Positions 29,849 to 40,251 of a DNA stretch of 55,421 bases are shown here, piece by piece. Position 1 is the stretch's first letter; each line of letters starts with the position of its first letter. The DNA comes from an uncultured Sulfitobacter sp. (GTDB taxonomy: Bacteria > Pseudomonadota > Alphaproteobacteria > Rhodobacterales > Rhodobacteraceae). The notes below the pieces were generated by a model. It did not search any database. It was not told the origin of the DNA and saw nothing but the letters and a program-made list of their open reading frames with translations. A program made the translations under genes and the position numbers. Location of the stretch: the NCBI GenBank assembly GCA_963934545.1, contig CAWVZA010000001.1, forward strand, positions 1 to 55,421, written 5' to 3'.

Positions 29849-30186
29849 CAGGCGGCTGTGAACTCGTCAAATGCCTCAAGCGCTTTTGCACTATAGGCAA
29901 TCGAGGGGCCGCCGCCCATATAGCCGATCATTTCCAATGCTTCGCACAGCTCTTCGCGGGTCGTCTCGAGGCGCACAAGCGATTTGACGTGAAACCCGAT
30001 GCAACTGTCACAGCGGGTCGAGATACCAATTCCAAGGGCGATGAACTCTTTGGTTTTTTCATCAAGCGCGCCAGGCTTTTTGGCGGCTTTGCCCATGGTG
30101 TTGAACCCCTCGAACATCTTGGGCGTTTGCGTTTGCAAGGTGCCGATACGGCCCATTGTCTCGTCTAGAAATTTGGCCCAGCTCAT
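29848..30186 (-). CDS. Carboxymuconolactone decarboxylase / AhpD-like protein
   Basis: GALDEKTKEFIAL, CDSCIGFH and MGGGP. Confidence 0.9.
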   Translation of the reverse strand: MSWAKFLDETMGRIGTLQTQTPKMFEGFNTMGKAAKKPGALDEKTKEFIALGIGISTRCDSCIGFHVKSLVRLETTREELCEALEMIGYMGGGPSIAYSAKALEAFDEFTAA

Positions 30187-30200
30187 CGTCGTCTCCTGAT

Positions 30201-30971
30201 TTAACGGCTCTCGTCTGCACCCATTTTACGTTCCAGCCAGCGTACAAAGAAACTGATGATCAGCACTAGAACAAGGTATTCGAGGATCAACAGGCTGTAG
30301 ATTTCCAGCGGGCGGTACTCGGTCACAACCAGCTCGTTTGCGCGGCGGGTGAGTTCTTGCATCCCAATGACAGAGGCGAATGCACTCATCTTTACGATGT
30401 AGATGAACTGGTTTGCCAGCGGTGGCAGGATGCGTCGGATCGCTTGGGGCAGGACAACATAGCGCATGGTTTGCGTGTAGGTTAGGCCGATGGTTTTGGC
30501 CGCCTCCGTTTGGCCGCGCGCGATACTTTGGATGCCAGAGCGGTAGATTTCGGCGGTGAATGCTGAGTCTGAGATCGCCAGCGTGATCACTGCGCCCCAG
30601 AAGGCATCAATGCTGACCAAAATACCCATTGATTTTAGGACCACGGGCAGACCGTAGAAAACCCAGAACAGCATGGGCAGTAGCGGGATCGCACGCACAA
30701 ATTCGATATAGATGCGGCTGGGCATTCTGATCCAGCGGTTGGTGGACATGCCCGGGAGGGCGACCATCATACCGATCGCCATCGACATCACAGCGGCAAT
30801 AACCGAGAGCAGGATCGTCGCGCCAAACCCGTCGAGCAGGAAGGTGATGTTGTTCCAGCCCTGCTTGGTCGTCGGATCAATGACGTACCAGCCCCAGTTT
30901 CCAGCAGCACCGCATCCGGTGAGTGCCAACAGGCAGGTGAGGGCAATGATATTTCTCATGAGGGCGCTCAA
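30201..30971 (-). CDS. Polar amino-acid ABC permease (HisM family)
   Basis: [25 protein letters not shown] and VLPQA; alternative start at ATG 30959. Confidence 0.9.
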   Translation of the reverse strand: MSALMRNIIALTCLLALTGCGAAGNWGWYVIDPTTKQGWNNITFLLDGFGATILLSVIAAVMSMAIGMMVALPGMSTNRWIRMPSRIYIEFVRAIPLLPMLFWVFYGLPVVLKSMGILVSIDAFWGAVITLAISDSAFTAEIYRSGIQSIARGQTEAAKTIGLTYTQTMRYVVLPQAIRRILPPLANQFIYIVKMSAFASVIGMQELTRRANELVVTEYRPLEIYSLLILEYLVLVLIISFFVRWLERKMGADESR

Positions 30972-31726
30972 TGTTTTAGAATCTGGTTGAGAAAGGTGCG
31001 GCAGCGCTCGGTCTTGGGGTTCTTGAAAAACTCGGTCGGGGTGCCTGTCTCGACAATCTTGCCGTGATCCATGAACACCATGCGGTCAGCAGCGCGGCGG
31101 GCAAATCCCATTTCATGGGTGACCACGATCATGGTCATGCCGCTCTCGGCGAGATCAATAATCACGTCCAGCACCTCTGAGATCATTTCGGGGTCGAGTG
31201 CCGAGGTTGGCTCGTCAAACAGCATTATTTTTGGCTCCATGCACAGGCTACGGGCAATCGCCACGCGCTGTTGCTGGCCGCCAGAGAGTGCGCCTGGCTT
31301 TTTGTCTGCTTGCTCGGGGATTTGCACGCGCTCAAGGTATTTCATGGCGCGTTCTTCGGCATCTTTGCGCGATAGACCGCGTGCTTTCATCGGGCCAAGG
31401 GTAAGATTTTGCATGATCGTGAGGTGTGGGAACAGATTAAATTGCTGAAACACCATGCCGACTTCTGCGCGGATTGCCTCAATCGAGCCCGCGTCGCCCA
31501 TCACGGTTCCGTCTACGCTGATCTGCCCTTGGTCATGCGCCTCAAGGGAGTTTACACAGCGGATCAATGTTGATTTGCCAGAGCCTGAAGGCCCGCAAAC
31601 GACTATCCGTTCGCCATGCGCCACCGTCAGGTCAATATCTTTTAAGGCATGGTAAGCATCATACCATTTGTTTAGACCTTTGATTTCAATCGCGTTTGCA
31701 TGATCGAGGGGTGGTTGATCTGCCAT
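30968..31726 (-). CDS. Polar amino-acid ABC ATP-binding protein
   Basis: [26 protein letters not shown] and [10 protein letters not shown]. Confidence 0.94.
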   Translation of the reverse strand: MADQPPLDHANAIEIKGLNKWYDAYHALKDIDLTVAHGERIVVCGPSGSGKSTLIRCVNSLEAHDQGQISVDGTVMGDAGSIEAIRAEVGMVFQQFNLFPHLTIMQNLTLGPMKARGLSRKDAEERAMKYLERVQIPEQADKKPGALSGGQQQRVAIARSLCMEPKIMLFDEPTSALDPEMISEVLDVIIDLAESGMTMIVVTHEMGFARRAADRMVFMDHGKIVETGTPTEFFKNPKTERCRTFLNQILKH

Positions 31727-31852
31727 GGACGTCTCCCTTCCGGAACGTATACTAAAGGTGACAGTTGCCATGGGCGCAAGCGGCATTAAGTTCCTTCACA
31801 TGTTAAAAAGTCGCATCCGCGACTACATAGTCCAATCCAAGAGGGAAGACAC

Positions 31853-32629
31853 ATGAATTTTCTAAAAACCATCGGCCTTGCATTTGGTTTCGCTGCATCC
31901 GTTGCAGCAGCGCCAGTAATGGCGCAATCAGCGCTCAATGAAATCCTGAGCGAAGGCGTGCTGAAAGTTGGCACAACAGGCGACTGGAACCCGATGTCCG
32001 TCCGTGATACGGCGACCAATAAATACGTTGGATATGATATCGATATCATGACCCAACTTGCCGCCGATTTGGGTGTCGAGCTTGAGATGGTGCCGACCGA
32101 TTGGAAGACACTTGTGAACGGTGTTGTCGCAGGTAACTACCACATGACAGGCTCTGCTTCGATTAGCCCCGCGCGCCTCAAAGCGGCAGGTTATTCGAAC
32201 AGCTATATCGCCGTTGAGATGCTCCCATTCACTACGGACGACAAAGTAGCCAATTTCAACGGCTGGGACAGCATCAACAAAGAGGGCGTAAAAGTTGCGA
32301 CAACACTCGGCACGTCCTTTGAGAAGATGGTCAAAGAATGGTTCCCGAATGCAGAGATCGTTGTAGTTGAGGCACCTGCACGTGGCTTCCAAGAAGTACT
32401 CTCAGGCCGTGCGGATGTATTTGTGACATCTAACATTGAAGGGTCCACATTGCTGGAGAAGTTCTCGAATGTGCGTCAGGTTGAAGTGGACACGCCGCGT
32501 GCGCCGACACCCATCGCGATGCTCTTGCCGCAGACTGACCAAGTTTGGATCAACTACGTCAACAGCTGGATCGAGCTGAAAAAGACCCAAGGGTTCTTCG
32601 AAGAAGTCGCACTGAAATGGGGCCTCTGA
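31853..32629 (+). CDS. Amino-acid ABC substrate-binding protein (PheC/cyclohexadienyl dehydratase-like PBP family 3)
   Basis: Signal peptide, GVLKVGTTGD and G.DID; divergent from the permease and ATPase. Confidence 0.85.
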   Translation: MNFLKTIGLAFGFAASVAAAPVMAQSALNEILSEGVLKVGTTGDWNPMSVRDTATNKYVGYDIDIMTQLAADLGVELEMVPTDWKTLVNGVVAGNYHMTGSASISPARLKAAGYSNSYIAVEMLPFTTDDKVANFNGWDSINKEGVKVATTLGTSFEKMVKEWFPNAEIVVVEAPARGFQEVLSGRADVFVTSNIEGSTLLEKFSNVRQVEVDTPRAPTPIAMLLPQTDQVWINYVNSWIELKKTQGFFEEVALKWGL

Positions 32630-32650
32630 GCGTCAGATCATAACCAATTA

Positions 32651-32682
32651 AAAGGGGCGCTGCTGAGCGCCCCTTTCCTTTT
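32651..32682 (+). terminator. Rho-independent terminator
   Basis: AAAGGGGCGCT-GCTG-AGCGCCCCTTT followed by a pyrimidine/T tract. Confidence 0.7.
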
Positions 32683-32700
32683 GAGCGTAAGGCCAAAGAT

Positions 32701-34083
32701 ATGAGTACCCAAGACCTCACCACTGGTCCCCTCGGCGGGCATTTCCGCCGTCTTGCCATCCCCGCTGCTGTGGGGATGCTGTTCAGCACGCTCTATAATG
32801 TGGTCGACACGTTCTATGCGGGTTATTTTGGTACGCAGGCGCAAGCGGGTCTGGCTGTCGGGTTTCAGGCCTTTTTTATTCTTGTGGCGATTGGATTTGG
32901 TCTCAGCTCCGCGATGAGTGCGCTGGTCGGCAATGCAAACGGGCGCAAAGACGACAGCGAGGCGCGGCATTTGGCGGTGCAGGGGATCGGGCTTGCAGTC
33001 ATGATGACTGTGGTGATGTTTCTTATCGCCTCTGTATCTGGCCCCTCGCTCATTTCGGTGGTGTCCGAGCCTGGAGGTTACCGTGGTGCTGGGCTGGGCT
33101 ATTTCTACTGGCTTATCTTCGCACTACCCGGATTCATTATTGGCCCTGCCGCCAACGGCATCTTACAGGCCCGCGGTGACACGCGCACGATGCAGCGCGC
33201 GCTGGTGGTGGCCTTCTTCGTTAACGTTGGGCTGAACCCGCTGCTCATGTTCGGCATCCCCGGCTTGGTCGGGGGCCTTGGTTTCAACGGCATCGCACTG
33301 GCCACAGTGCTGAGCCAGACAGGCGTTGCAGTATTCATCCTATGGCGGGTGTTCGGGCGCACAATGATGCAAAATTTGCGCTGGGCTGAGTTCAAACCTG
33401 TTCCAGCGAAGTACTACGAGATCATTGCCCAAGCTTTTCCCGCAGGGTTTGCCTTGCTTGTTACCTTCTCCAGCGGCTTCATCGTGCAATACGCGCTTAA
33501 AGACTATGGCGAAGCGTCATTGGCCGCCTACGGTATCACCATGCGCATCGAGCAGTTGTTCTTGCTCCCCGCACTCGGCATCACTATCTCATTGGTGCCG
33601 ATTGCCGCGCAAAACTTTGGTGCGGGCAACAATGCGCGGGTCCGTGAAGCGTTTCACCGCTGTTGGATACTCGGCGTGATTGGAACCACGCTTGCGTTTC
33701 CCTTTTTGTGGTTCGGAGGAGGTTTTGCCGCACGGGTCTTTTCCAGCGATCCCGAAGTCATCCGCATCTCGGCACTGTTCCTTAAAGTCGAAGCTGCAAT
33801 TTTGCCGATCTATGTCGTGCTCTTCTCGATCAACTCGCTTCTTCAAGCACTTAAAAAAGCTGCATGGACAATGTGGATCGGGATCTATCGCCAATGGATC
33901 GGGATCGCGCTTTTCATCTGGTTGTTTGCCTACGTTATGGATGGCGGCCTAACGGGTGTTCGATTGGGCATTGCGGCGGGGGTTGGCACTGGTTTGCTGC
34001 TATCGCTTTGGGTGGGGATGTATGTCGCACGCGACAGGATTGGCGGACTTGGGCGTCCTTGGTTCTTGGAGAAAGCCAGATAA
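32701..34083 (+). CDS. MATE family efflux transporter
   Basis: DLTTGP, YNVVDT, ARGDT, NVGLNP and QNFGA; about 12 TM segments. Confidence 0.92.
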   Translation: MSTQDLTTGPLGGHFRRLAIPAAVGMLFSTLYNVVDTFYAGYFGTQAQAGLAVGFQAFFILVAIGFGLSSAMSALVGNANGRKDDSEARHLAVQGIGLAVMMTVVMFLIASVSGPSLISVVSEPGGYRGAGLGYFYWLIFALPGFIIGPAANGILQARGDTRTMQRALVVAFFVNVGLNPLLMFGIPGLVGGLGFNGIALATVLSQTGVAVFILWRVFGRTMMQNLRWAEFKPVPAKYYEIIAQAFPAGFALLVTFSSGFIVQYALKDYGEASLAAYGITMRIEQLFLLPALGITISLVPIAAQNFGAGNNARVREAFHRCWILGVIGTTLAFPFLWFGGGFAARVFSSDPEVIRISALFLKVEAAILPIYVVLFSINSLLQALKKAAWTMWIGIYRQWIGIALFIWLFAYVMDGGLTGVRLGIAAGVGTGLLLSLWVGMYVARDRIGGLGRPWFLEKAR

Positions 34084-34169
34084 GGCGGGGCGGTAACGCG
34101 TAACCGTACTTGTAAGTTAAATGTCGATTCAACTGCTTAGATTAATTGTGCGATATGTAGTCCCATCAA

Positions 34170-36159
34170 GTGAGCAAGCTTTTGAGTGTTGTTGTCCGTT
34201 TTGTAATAGCTGCCCTTCTTTTACTCGTGGCGTCTTTTTCGGGATGCGCTTTGTCAGCAGATCATGGGGTGAAGCGCCCTGTGCTGCGTACGGTTTATGG
34301 TGAATTCTACCCCTATGGGTTCACTGGACGAGATGGAACTGCGCAGGGTTATACGGTTGATGTGACACGTTGGCTGGCTGATATCGCAGGCTATGACGTG
34401 ACTTTTATTTCTGCTGAAAGCCCGCGACAGTTTCTGGAAATGCTTGCGCGAGATGAAGCGGATCTAACACCGTTTCTCGCACTCACGCCGCCGCGCCGTG
34501 CCGCAGGGTTGGCGACGACCTCTCTAGGTGCGTATGTTTTGTCGGTCTATGTTCGGAATGACAGTGATGTCTATGACATTGCAGCACTCGGGGAAATGCG
34601 GATTGGCACCGTTGCGGGATCTGTGAGCCAAGCCGCAGCTGAGATGTTACCAAATGTCGAGCTGGTTGAGTTCCAGACAGCAGATGCTCTGGTGCTGCCG
34701 CTTTCGCGCGGAGAGGTTGATGCGGTTGTTGAGGTTGCGGAAACATTTGAGGCGCGCTTGCTCATTAGTTTCATCGAAGAAAAAGTGCGTCGACTGAAAC
34801 CGCCCTTGGCGATAAGCCCTTATGGCTACATCGTGCGCAGCGTTTTACCTGAAGTACATGCAGCCTTGCAAGTTTTGATCCAGAAGCAATCGACCATAGA
34901 GTTTGTTGCAAATGTCAGAGCCAAGTGGTTTGGCAAAGATCGCAGCATTGTTGAACACCCCTGGTTTGCCAGCGTAGCGATGATTGTTGGTGGCATCGCA
35001 CTCACGACATTTTCCCTTGGCGTATATGCACTTCGCTTGCGTCGCAGATCAGTAGCCTTAACAGCCGAGTTTGGAACGAGCCAATTGTTGGTTGACGCCT
35101 TCAACCATATGCGCGCTGCAATTGCTGTTTTTGACGAGGACATGCGCACCGTGCACTGGAATGGTGGTTTTGAAGCGTGGTTTCCAGAAATGCTAAGCAC
35201 AGTTCGAACCGGTGCAACGCTTGAGCAAGTTTGTATTGATTTCCACAGAACTGGAATCGTTGCAGATGCCAAAGATGGGCCTGAAATAGCGGCCCTGGCA
35301 GCGCATATTACGTGCAAGCTCAAAGGTGGACAGACAGAGCAGAGACGGGTGCATACGCGAGATGGGAACAGCTTTGACGTCAGTATGTTTCCACTTGGCG
35401 CGCGTTATTGTGCTGCGGTTTGGTTCGACATGACTAAACTACATTCCCAGCAAGCACTGCTTGCAGAGCAGAGTGGAGAGTTGGTGCGCAAGAACCAGCA
35501 ATTACATGCCTTCTCTGCCATAGCTGCGCATGATTTGAAGGCACCGTTGGTTCAGCAAAAAGTGCTTATGGAGTTCATTTCTGAAGACCTTGCGGAGGGC
35601 GCAGATATCGCTGCCATCTGACGCAAGAGGCTACTTCTCAACGCTCTCTGATTTGTCTTGCAAAATGAGCCTTCTTGTTTTGGACTTACTCGAATACGCC
35701 AAGGCCGATTTTGATCAAACTGAAATAACCTGTTTCGCCCTGAACGCGCGGATGGACGGGATTGTTGATATGGCCGCGCTGACCTCAGGGAGGGACGTTG
35801 TGATTATGCCAAATATTCCTGCTGTTCAGGTTGATCCTACCTGTTTTGATGTCGTGATGAGGAATTTGATCACAAATGCAGCCAAGCATCATGACAAACC
35901 ATCGGGCACGGTCACGGTAAGCGGCTTCCGCGATGGTCCAATGGTCGTCATTGAAGTAGAGGACGACGGACCAGGTATTTCTAGAAAGGATCAATTGCGA
36001 ATATTTGAGCCTTTTGAGCGCCTTACTAAAGTAGAGGGAACAGGCCTCGATCTGTCTTTTGTGAAACGAACAGTCAATGAATGGGGTGGAAGTATTGCTG
36101 TTAGAGAGGCCGCCCTGGGGGGGGGCAATTTTCAGCATAATACTTCCCGCAGCACCTGA
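34170..36159 (+). pseudogene. Sensor histidine kinase (periplasmic PBP + PAS-like + HisKA + HATPase), frameshifted
   Basis: AHDLKAPL H-box in the first ORF; NLITNAAKH and DDGPGI in the second, in another frame. Frameshifts at about 35597 and in the G9 run 36117-36125; the G2 box reads GLDL. Confidence 0.82.
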
Positions 36160-36319
36160 AACTGTCGTATCTATGAAACGCCTGACAGCTATATTGTCAG
36201 AGCAGAGGGCAGGTGGTGCGTAGCAGCAATATATATTGGTTCGCTACGTATTTGGCCAAAGACCTTGTGTCAGATTACTGCTCCGATTAGGTCAGATCGT
36301 GCCAAACGAGGGGACAAAG

Positions 36320-37249
36320 ATGATAATATGCTGCGGTGAAGCACTGATCGATATGATACCTGCAAAGACTGTTGATGGGCAGGCATCATATGTCCCTTGC
36401 ACGGGAGGTGCTATTTTCAACACGGCAGTGGCACTGGGTCGGCTTGATGTGGATGCTGGCCTGTTGAGCGGAGTATCGAACGATAGTTTTGGTGAGCTAC
36501 TTGTTCAGGGACTAGTAGATAACAATGTACGCAGCGATCTTCTTGTGCGCTCGGATCGCCTCAGCACTCTGGCTGTCGTTCACTTAAAGGATGGCAGTGC
36601 GACCTACTCTTTTTATGATGAAAACTCCGCTGGCAGGATGTTAACTTTGGACGAGATGCCAGTTCTCCCTGAAACGGTTTCAACCCTCTATTTTGGTGGT
36701 ATCAGTCTTGTCGCAGAACCTGCGGCTGACGCGTATGCCGAGCTTCTAAAGCGTGATGGCATGGGCCGTGTGGTGATGATTGATCCTAATATTCGCCCTG
36801 AATTTATCACTGACGCTGCCGCATATCGCGCGCGGCTGGACCGCATGATCGCGCTGAGCGATATTGTGAAAGTGTCCGATGAAGATCTCGACTGGATCGT
36901 TGGTGATGAGGGCGATCTGCAGGAAAAAGCCCAGCGTTTGCTTGCTAAGGGTGCGCAGTTCGTGATTGTGACGCTTGGGGCTGAGGGTGCTGTCGTGTTT
37001 GATGTGTCAGGCCATTCAAAGGTGCCCGCAGAACGGGCCACTGAAGTCGATACTGTCGGTGCGGGTGACACATTCAATGCAGGTGTATTGTCACAGATGT
37101 CCAAGGATGGGCAGCTGTCCTCTGAAGCACTCAAACAGTTGAAGGCGAAGGACTTGGCCCCTGCATTGATGCGCGGCGCCCAAGTCGCCGCTGTTACAGT
37201 GTCGCGGGCGGGCGCTAATCCGCCTTGGGCGTCAGAATTGGGCGGCTAA
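36320..37249 (+). CDS. PfkB-family carbohydrate kinase (fructokinase-like)
   Basis: CGEALID, GGA.FN.A, DPNIRP, KVSDED and DTVGAGDTF. Confidence 0.92.
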   Translation: MIICCGEALIDMIPAKTVDGQASYVPCTGGAIFNTAVALGRLDVDAGLLSGVSNDSFGELLVQGLVDNNVRSDLLVRSDRLSTLAVVHLKDGSATYSFYDENSAGRMLTLDEMPVLPETVSTLYFGGISLVAEPAADAYAELLKRDGMGRVVMIDPNIRPEFITDAAAYRARLDRMIALSDIVKVSDEDLDWIVGDEGDLQEKAQRLLAKGAQFVIVTLGAEGAVVFDVSGHSKVPAERATEVDTVGAGDTFNAGVLSQMSKDGQLSSEALKQLKAKDLAPALMRGAQVAAVTVSRAGANPPWASELGG

Positions 37250-38412
37250 CTCTCGTCAAAGAGTGCGCCTAAAAGCTGCTGCACCTCGTCATTGGCCTCC
37301 AGTCTGTTAATCCAGTCCTGCGGAATACCATTTGCTCCCCCGATGCCGTGGACCGCCCCCATGACAGCACCGACTAGAATAGCACGCCCACAGCTGTCGC
37401 CACCGCTGTAAATATTCTGTCGTATCGCAGCAGTAAATGTTGGTGCATTTGCGATATTATGCGTGGCAGACGGCACGCCAAAAGGCAGGTCGCACGCCAT
37501 ACCGAAGTGTTTGGTTGCAGCGGCGTTGCTGGTTGTGGTCATTGCAAGCGCCTCATCCAATAGGCTCAAAGCTTTTGGTCCAGCAACGGCACGGGCTGCA
37601 GAAGTTGCTTCAAAAACAGTTCCACCGGTGAGTGCTGCCGCCATCATATGCGCGGATATCATCCCGTATTCCACGGCTGTTGGGTGATCACTTGTGACGC
37701 GCACGGCTGATGAGATCGCATCATCAAATGAAGAACCACCAGAAACCCCTTGTGCGACTTGTACGGCTACAAGAGCAGGCAGTTTTGCAATGGCGGGTAA
37801 TTGCAGGTCCATTGCGCCAGTGGGTCGAGGTAAATCTGCAAGTGCGTCAATCAACGGATCTCCAAACGCTATAACACTCGCATCTTCTTGCAAAAGTGCA
37901 TCGCGATACGCAGCTCTCAACTTGTCGCCAGAATGGCGTGCCAAAAGCGGCAGGGCTTTTGCCACCAACGATTTGACTTTTTTGGCATTGCCCTCAAAGG
38001 GCAGGGATTGCGCACAAGTAAACGCCGCATCTTCAAATCGTCGCATATTGTCGAGGGTGTCTCGTGTGGCGTGGTCGATATAGCCGACATAGGCGCCGCC
38101 ATACCCGAAGTGCCTGCCAAACCCGTCGACAAAGTCCGCAGTCTCATATTCTTCTCTAGAAGTGGCGAGTGTGCGGAGCATAACCATTGCTTGTTCCCCA
38201 TACTGTGAGAATGCACCTGCGGACCGATTGGGGTGGGCAAAGAAGGCTGGCACGCCATCGTAGATTTTTGGATCGGGTGTCAAAAACTCAGGAGCGTGAG
38301 GGGCAACAGCCTGTATGCGGGTCTGATCATAGATCCAGTGCAGGCCCATCGCGGCGGCATCTGCAACCAGTGCACCAAGGATCATGTTCTTGCATCTGTC
38401 TGTCGTCGTCAT
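37246..38412 (-). CDS. ADP-ribosylglycohydrolase family protein (J1-crystallin-like)
   Basis: GALVADAAAMGLHWIYD, SQYGEQ, YIDHAT and GGDSCGRA..VGA. Confidence 0.82.
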   Translation of the reverse strand: MTTTDRCKNMILGALVADAAAMGLHWIYDQTRIQAVAPHAPEFLTPDPKIYDGVPAFFAHPNRSAGAFSQYGEQAMVMLRTLATSREEYETADFVDGFGRHFGYGGAYVGYIDHATRDTLDNMRRFEDAAFTCAQSLPFEGNAKKVKSLVAKALPLLARHSGDKLRAAYRDALLQEDASVIAFGDPLIDALADLPRPTGAMDLQLPAIAKLPALVAVQVAQGVSGGSSFDDAISSAVRVTSDHPTAVEYGMISAHMMAAALTGGTVFEATSAARAVAGPKALSLLDEALAMTTTSNAAATKHFGMACDLPFGVPSATHNIANAPTFTAAIRQNIYSGGDSCGRAILVGAVMGAVHGIGGANGIPQDWINRLEANDEVQQLLGALFDES

Positions 38413-38583
38413 AGTCGCACTCCAGCTTTTCCATTGAAGGATAAGCTAGCTTGATTTGGGCTCAAGTATATCCATGATCGTTGGCGACAGAGTTTGGACA
38501 GATGGCATCTTTTCTGTCAGGGATGATGAGGGTCCGCGAATAAGAACGGCTTGCAGCCTTTTGAGATCGCTCGCCGTTCTTAA

Positions 38584-40251
38584 TCAATACCAAGAGATGA
38601 GGAATAGAGTGATTGCAGGGAAGGCTACCAGCAGCACCACGCGGAACAAGTCGGAAGCGACAAAGAATAGTACGGCCTTATATGTCTCGACGATTGGGGT
38701 AGAGCGGTCCATCGCGTTGATGATGAACAGGTTCATCCCCACAGGCGGCGTGATCAGACCGACCTCAACGACGATGAGTACAAGGATGCCAAACCAGATC
38801 GCGGTTTGCTCGATGTTAATGCGGTTGAGTGCACTCTCGTTTGCGGCGCGGATGTTCAGTTCGCGCAGCAATTCGCGGCTCAATTCACCACCGCTTGCAA
38901 CCACATCGCGGGCCTGCTGAACCATCTCTGGGGTGGTCTCGTTTACGATGGCGATGATCTGGTTCTGGCTCAGCGAAAGTGTCGCAGCATCTGCTACCGA
39001 CCCAAAACCAAGAAGGGCTGCCTGCGCATTAGTCTTGTCCAGAAGCCGCTCAAATTTCGCGTCCGACAGGTTGGGAATACTGCCCCGTATCAACCCGTCC
39101 CACGCGGACACGCCGTCTTTTATCGCAGTGTCGAGCTTGGCGGCGTGTAGATCCATCATGGAGACAAAACCAAAGTCGAGCTCCATCATGATGGGCCAGA
39201 AAATTGGGATCGTGAGAAGGATCATCGACAGACTGTCCATCACGCAGCCGAGTAGAAGATAGAGTACGAGAATAAAGATTAGTACCATCCATGGGCTTAC
39301 ACCTTGGTCTACCACCCATGCGGCGATCTCTTGTGGGACTTGGGTAAGTGCCAGAAAGCCGTTGTAGAATGCGGCACCCAGCACAATGAAAAAGATCATG
39401 GCAGTGGAACGGGCAGTGACGTAAAAGCTCTCGGCCAACGAAGCGCTGTTGATGCCACCCGCAAACCACGCAATGACGCCTGTGCCCAATGCGCCAACTG
39501 CGGCTCCTTCGGTTGGAGTGAACCAGCCCAGATAAATGCCGCCAACAACTGTGCCAAAGACCAAAAGCACGGGCCATACATCAAACAGCGCTTTGAACCG
39601 CTCGATGTAGGGCATCCGCGCGCGGGTCCCTGCGCTGGCAGGAAAGAGACGCACATAAATCGAGATCACGATGACGTAGCCAAGGGCGGCAATGATACCT
39701 GGCACAAAGGCGGCGAGGAACATTTTTGCGATATTCTGCTCTGTCAGAATGGCATAGACTACCAGAACAACCGAAGGTGGGATCAAGATGCCTAGCGTGC
39801 CGCCAGCGGCCAATGTGGCCGAAGAGAATCCGCCAGAATAGCCGTAGCGCTTAAGCTCGGGTAGGGCCACGCGGCTCATGGTGGCAGCAGTGGCGAGTGA
39901 CGAACCACAGATCGCACCAAAGCCAGCGCAAGCCCCGATAGCAGCCATCGCCACGCCACCTTTGCGGTGGCCAAGCCAGCTTTCCGCTGCTTTGAACAAG
40001 GCCTGAGACATCCCGCTCAAAGTGGCGAAATTGCCCATCAGCAGGAACATAGGAATGATCGACAGCGAATAGCTGGAAAAGGTTGTGTAGGTCTCGGACT
40101 TGAGCCGTGCGACGGCTACAAAAGCATCGCCGTTCACAAAGACCAAACCGCCAAACCCCACGGTGAACATGGCAAGGCCAATGGGCACACGCATGAAGAT
40201 CAGCCCAAGAAGGACAGGGAACGATAGCGCGCCAATTACAGCATCACTCAA
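38584..40251 (-). CDS. dctM: TRAP large permease with an approximately 120-aa soluble insertion
   Basis: CGSSLATAATM, GTLGILIPPS, FTPTEGA and GLITPPVGMNLF; TTG start at 40251 overlapping the dctQ stop (TTGA). Confidence 0.9.
   Translation of the reverse strand: MSDAVIGALSFPVLLGLIFMRVPIGLAMFTVGFGGLVFVNGDAFVAVARLKSETYTTFSSYSLSIIPMFLLMGNFATLSGMSQALFKAAESWLGHRKGGVAMAAIGACAGFGAICGSSLATAATMSRVALPELKRYGYSGGFSSATLAAGGTLGILIPPSVVLVVYAILTEQNIAKMFLAAFVPGIIAALGYVIVISIYVRLFPASAGTRARMPYIERFKALFDVWPVLLVFGTVVGGIYLGWFTPTEGAAVGALGTGVIAWFAGGINSASLAESFYVTARSTAMIFFIVLGAAFYNGFLALTQVPQEIAAWVVDQGVSPWMVLIFILVLYLLLGCVMDSLSMILLTIPIFWPIMMELDFGFVSMMDLHAAKLDTAIKDGVSAWDGLIRGSIPNLSDAKFERLLDKTNAQAALLGFGSVADAATLSLSQNQIIAIVNETTPEMVQQARDVVASGGELSRELLRELNIRAANESALNRINIEQTAIWFGILVLIVVEVGLITPPVGMNLFIINAMDRSTPIVETYKAVLFFVASDLFRVVLLVAFPAITLFLISWY

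Noticed and set aside
38810-39170. DctM insertion as an intein or mobile intron
   Set aside because: No Cys/Ser start, His-Asn end or endonuclease motifs.
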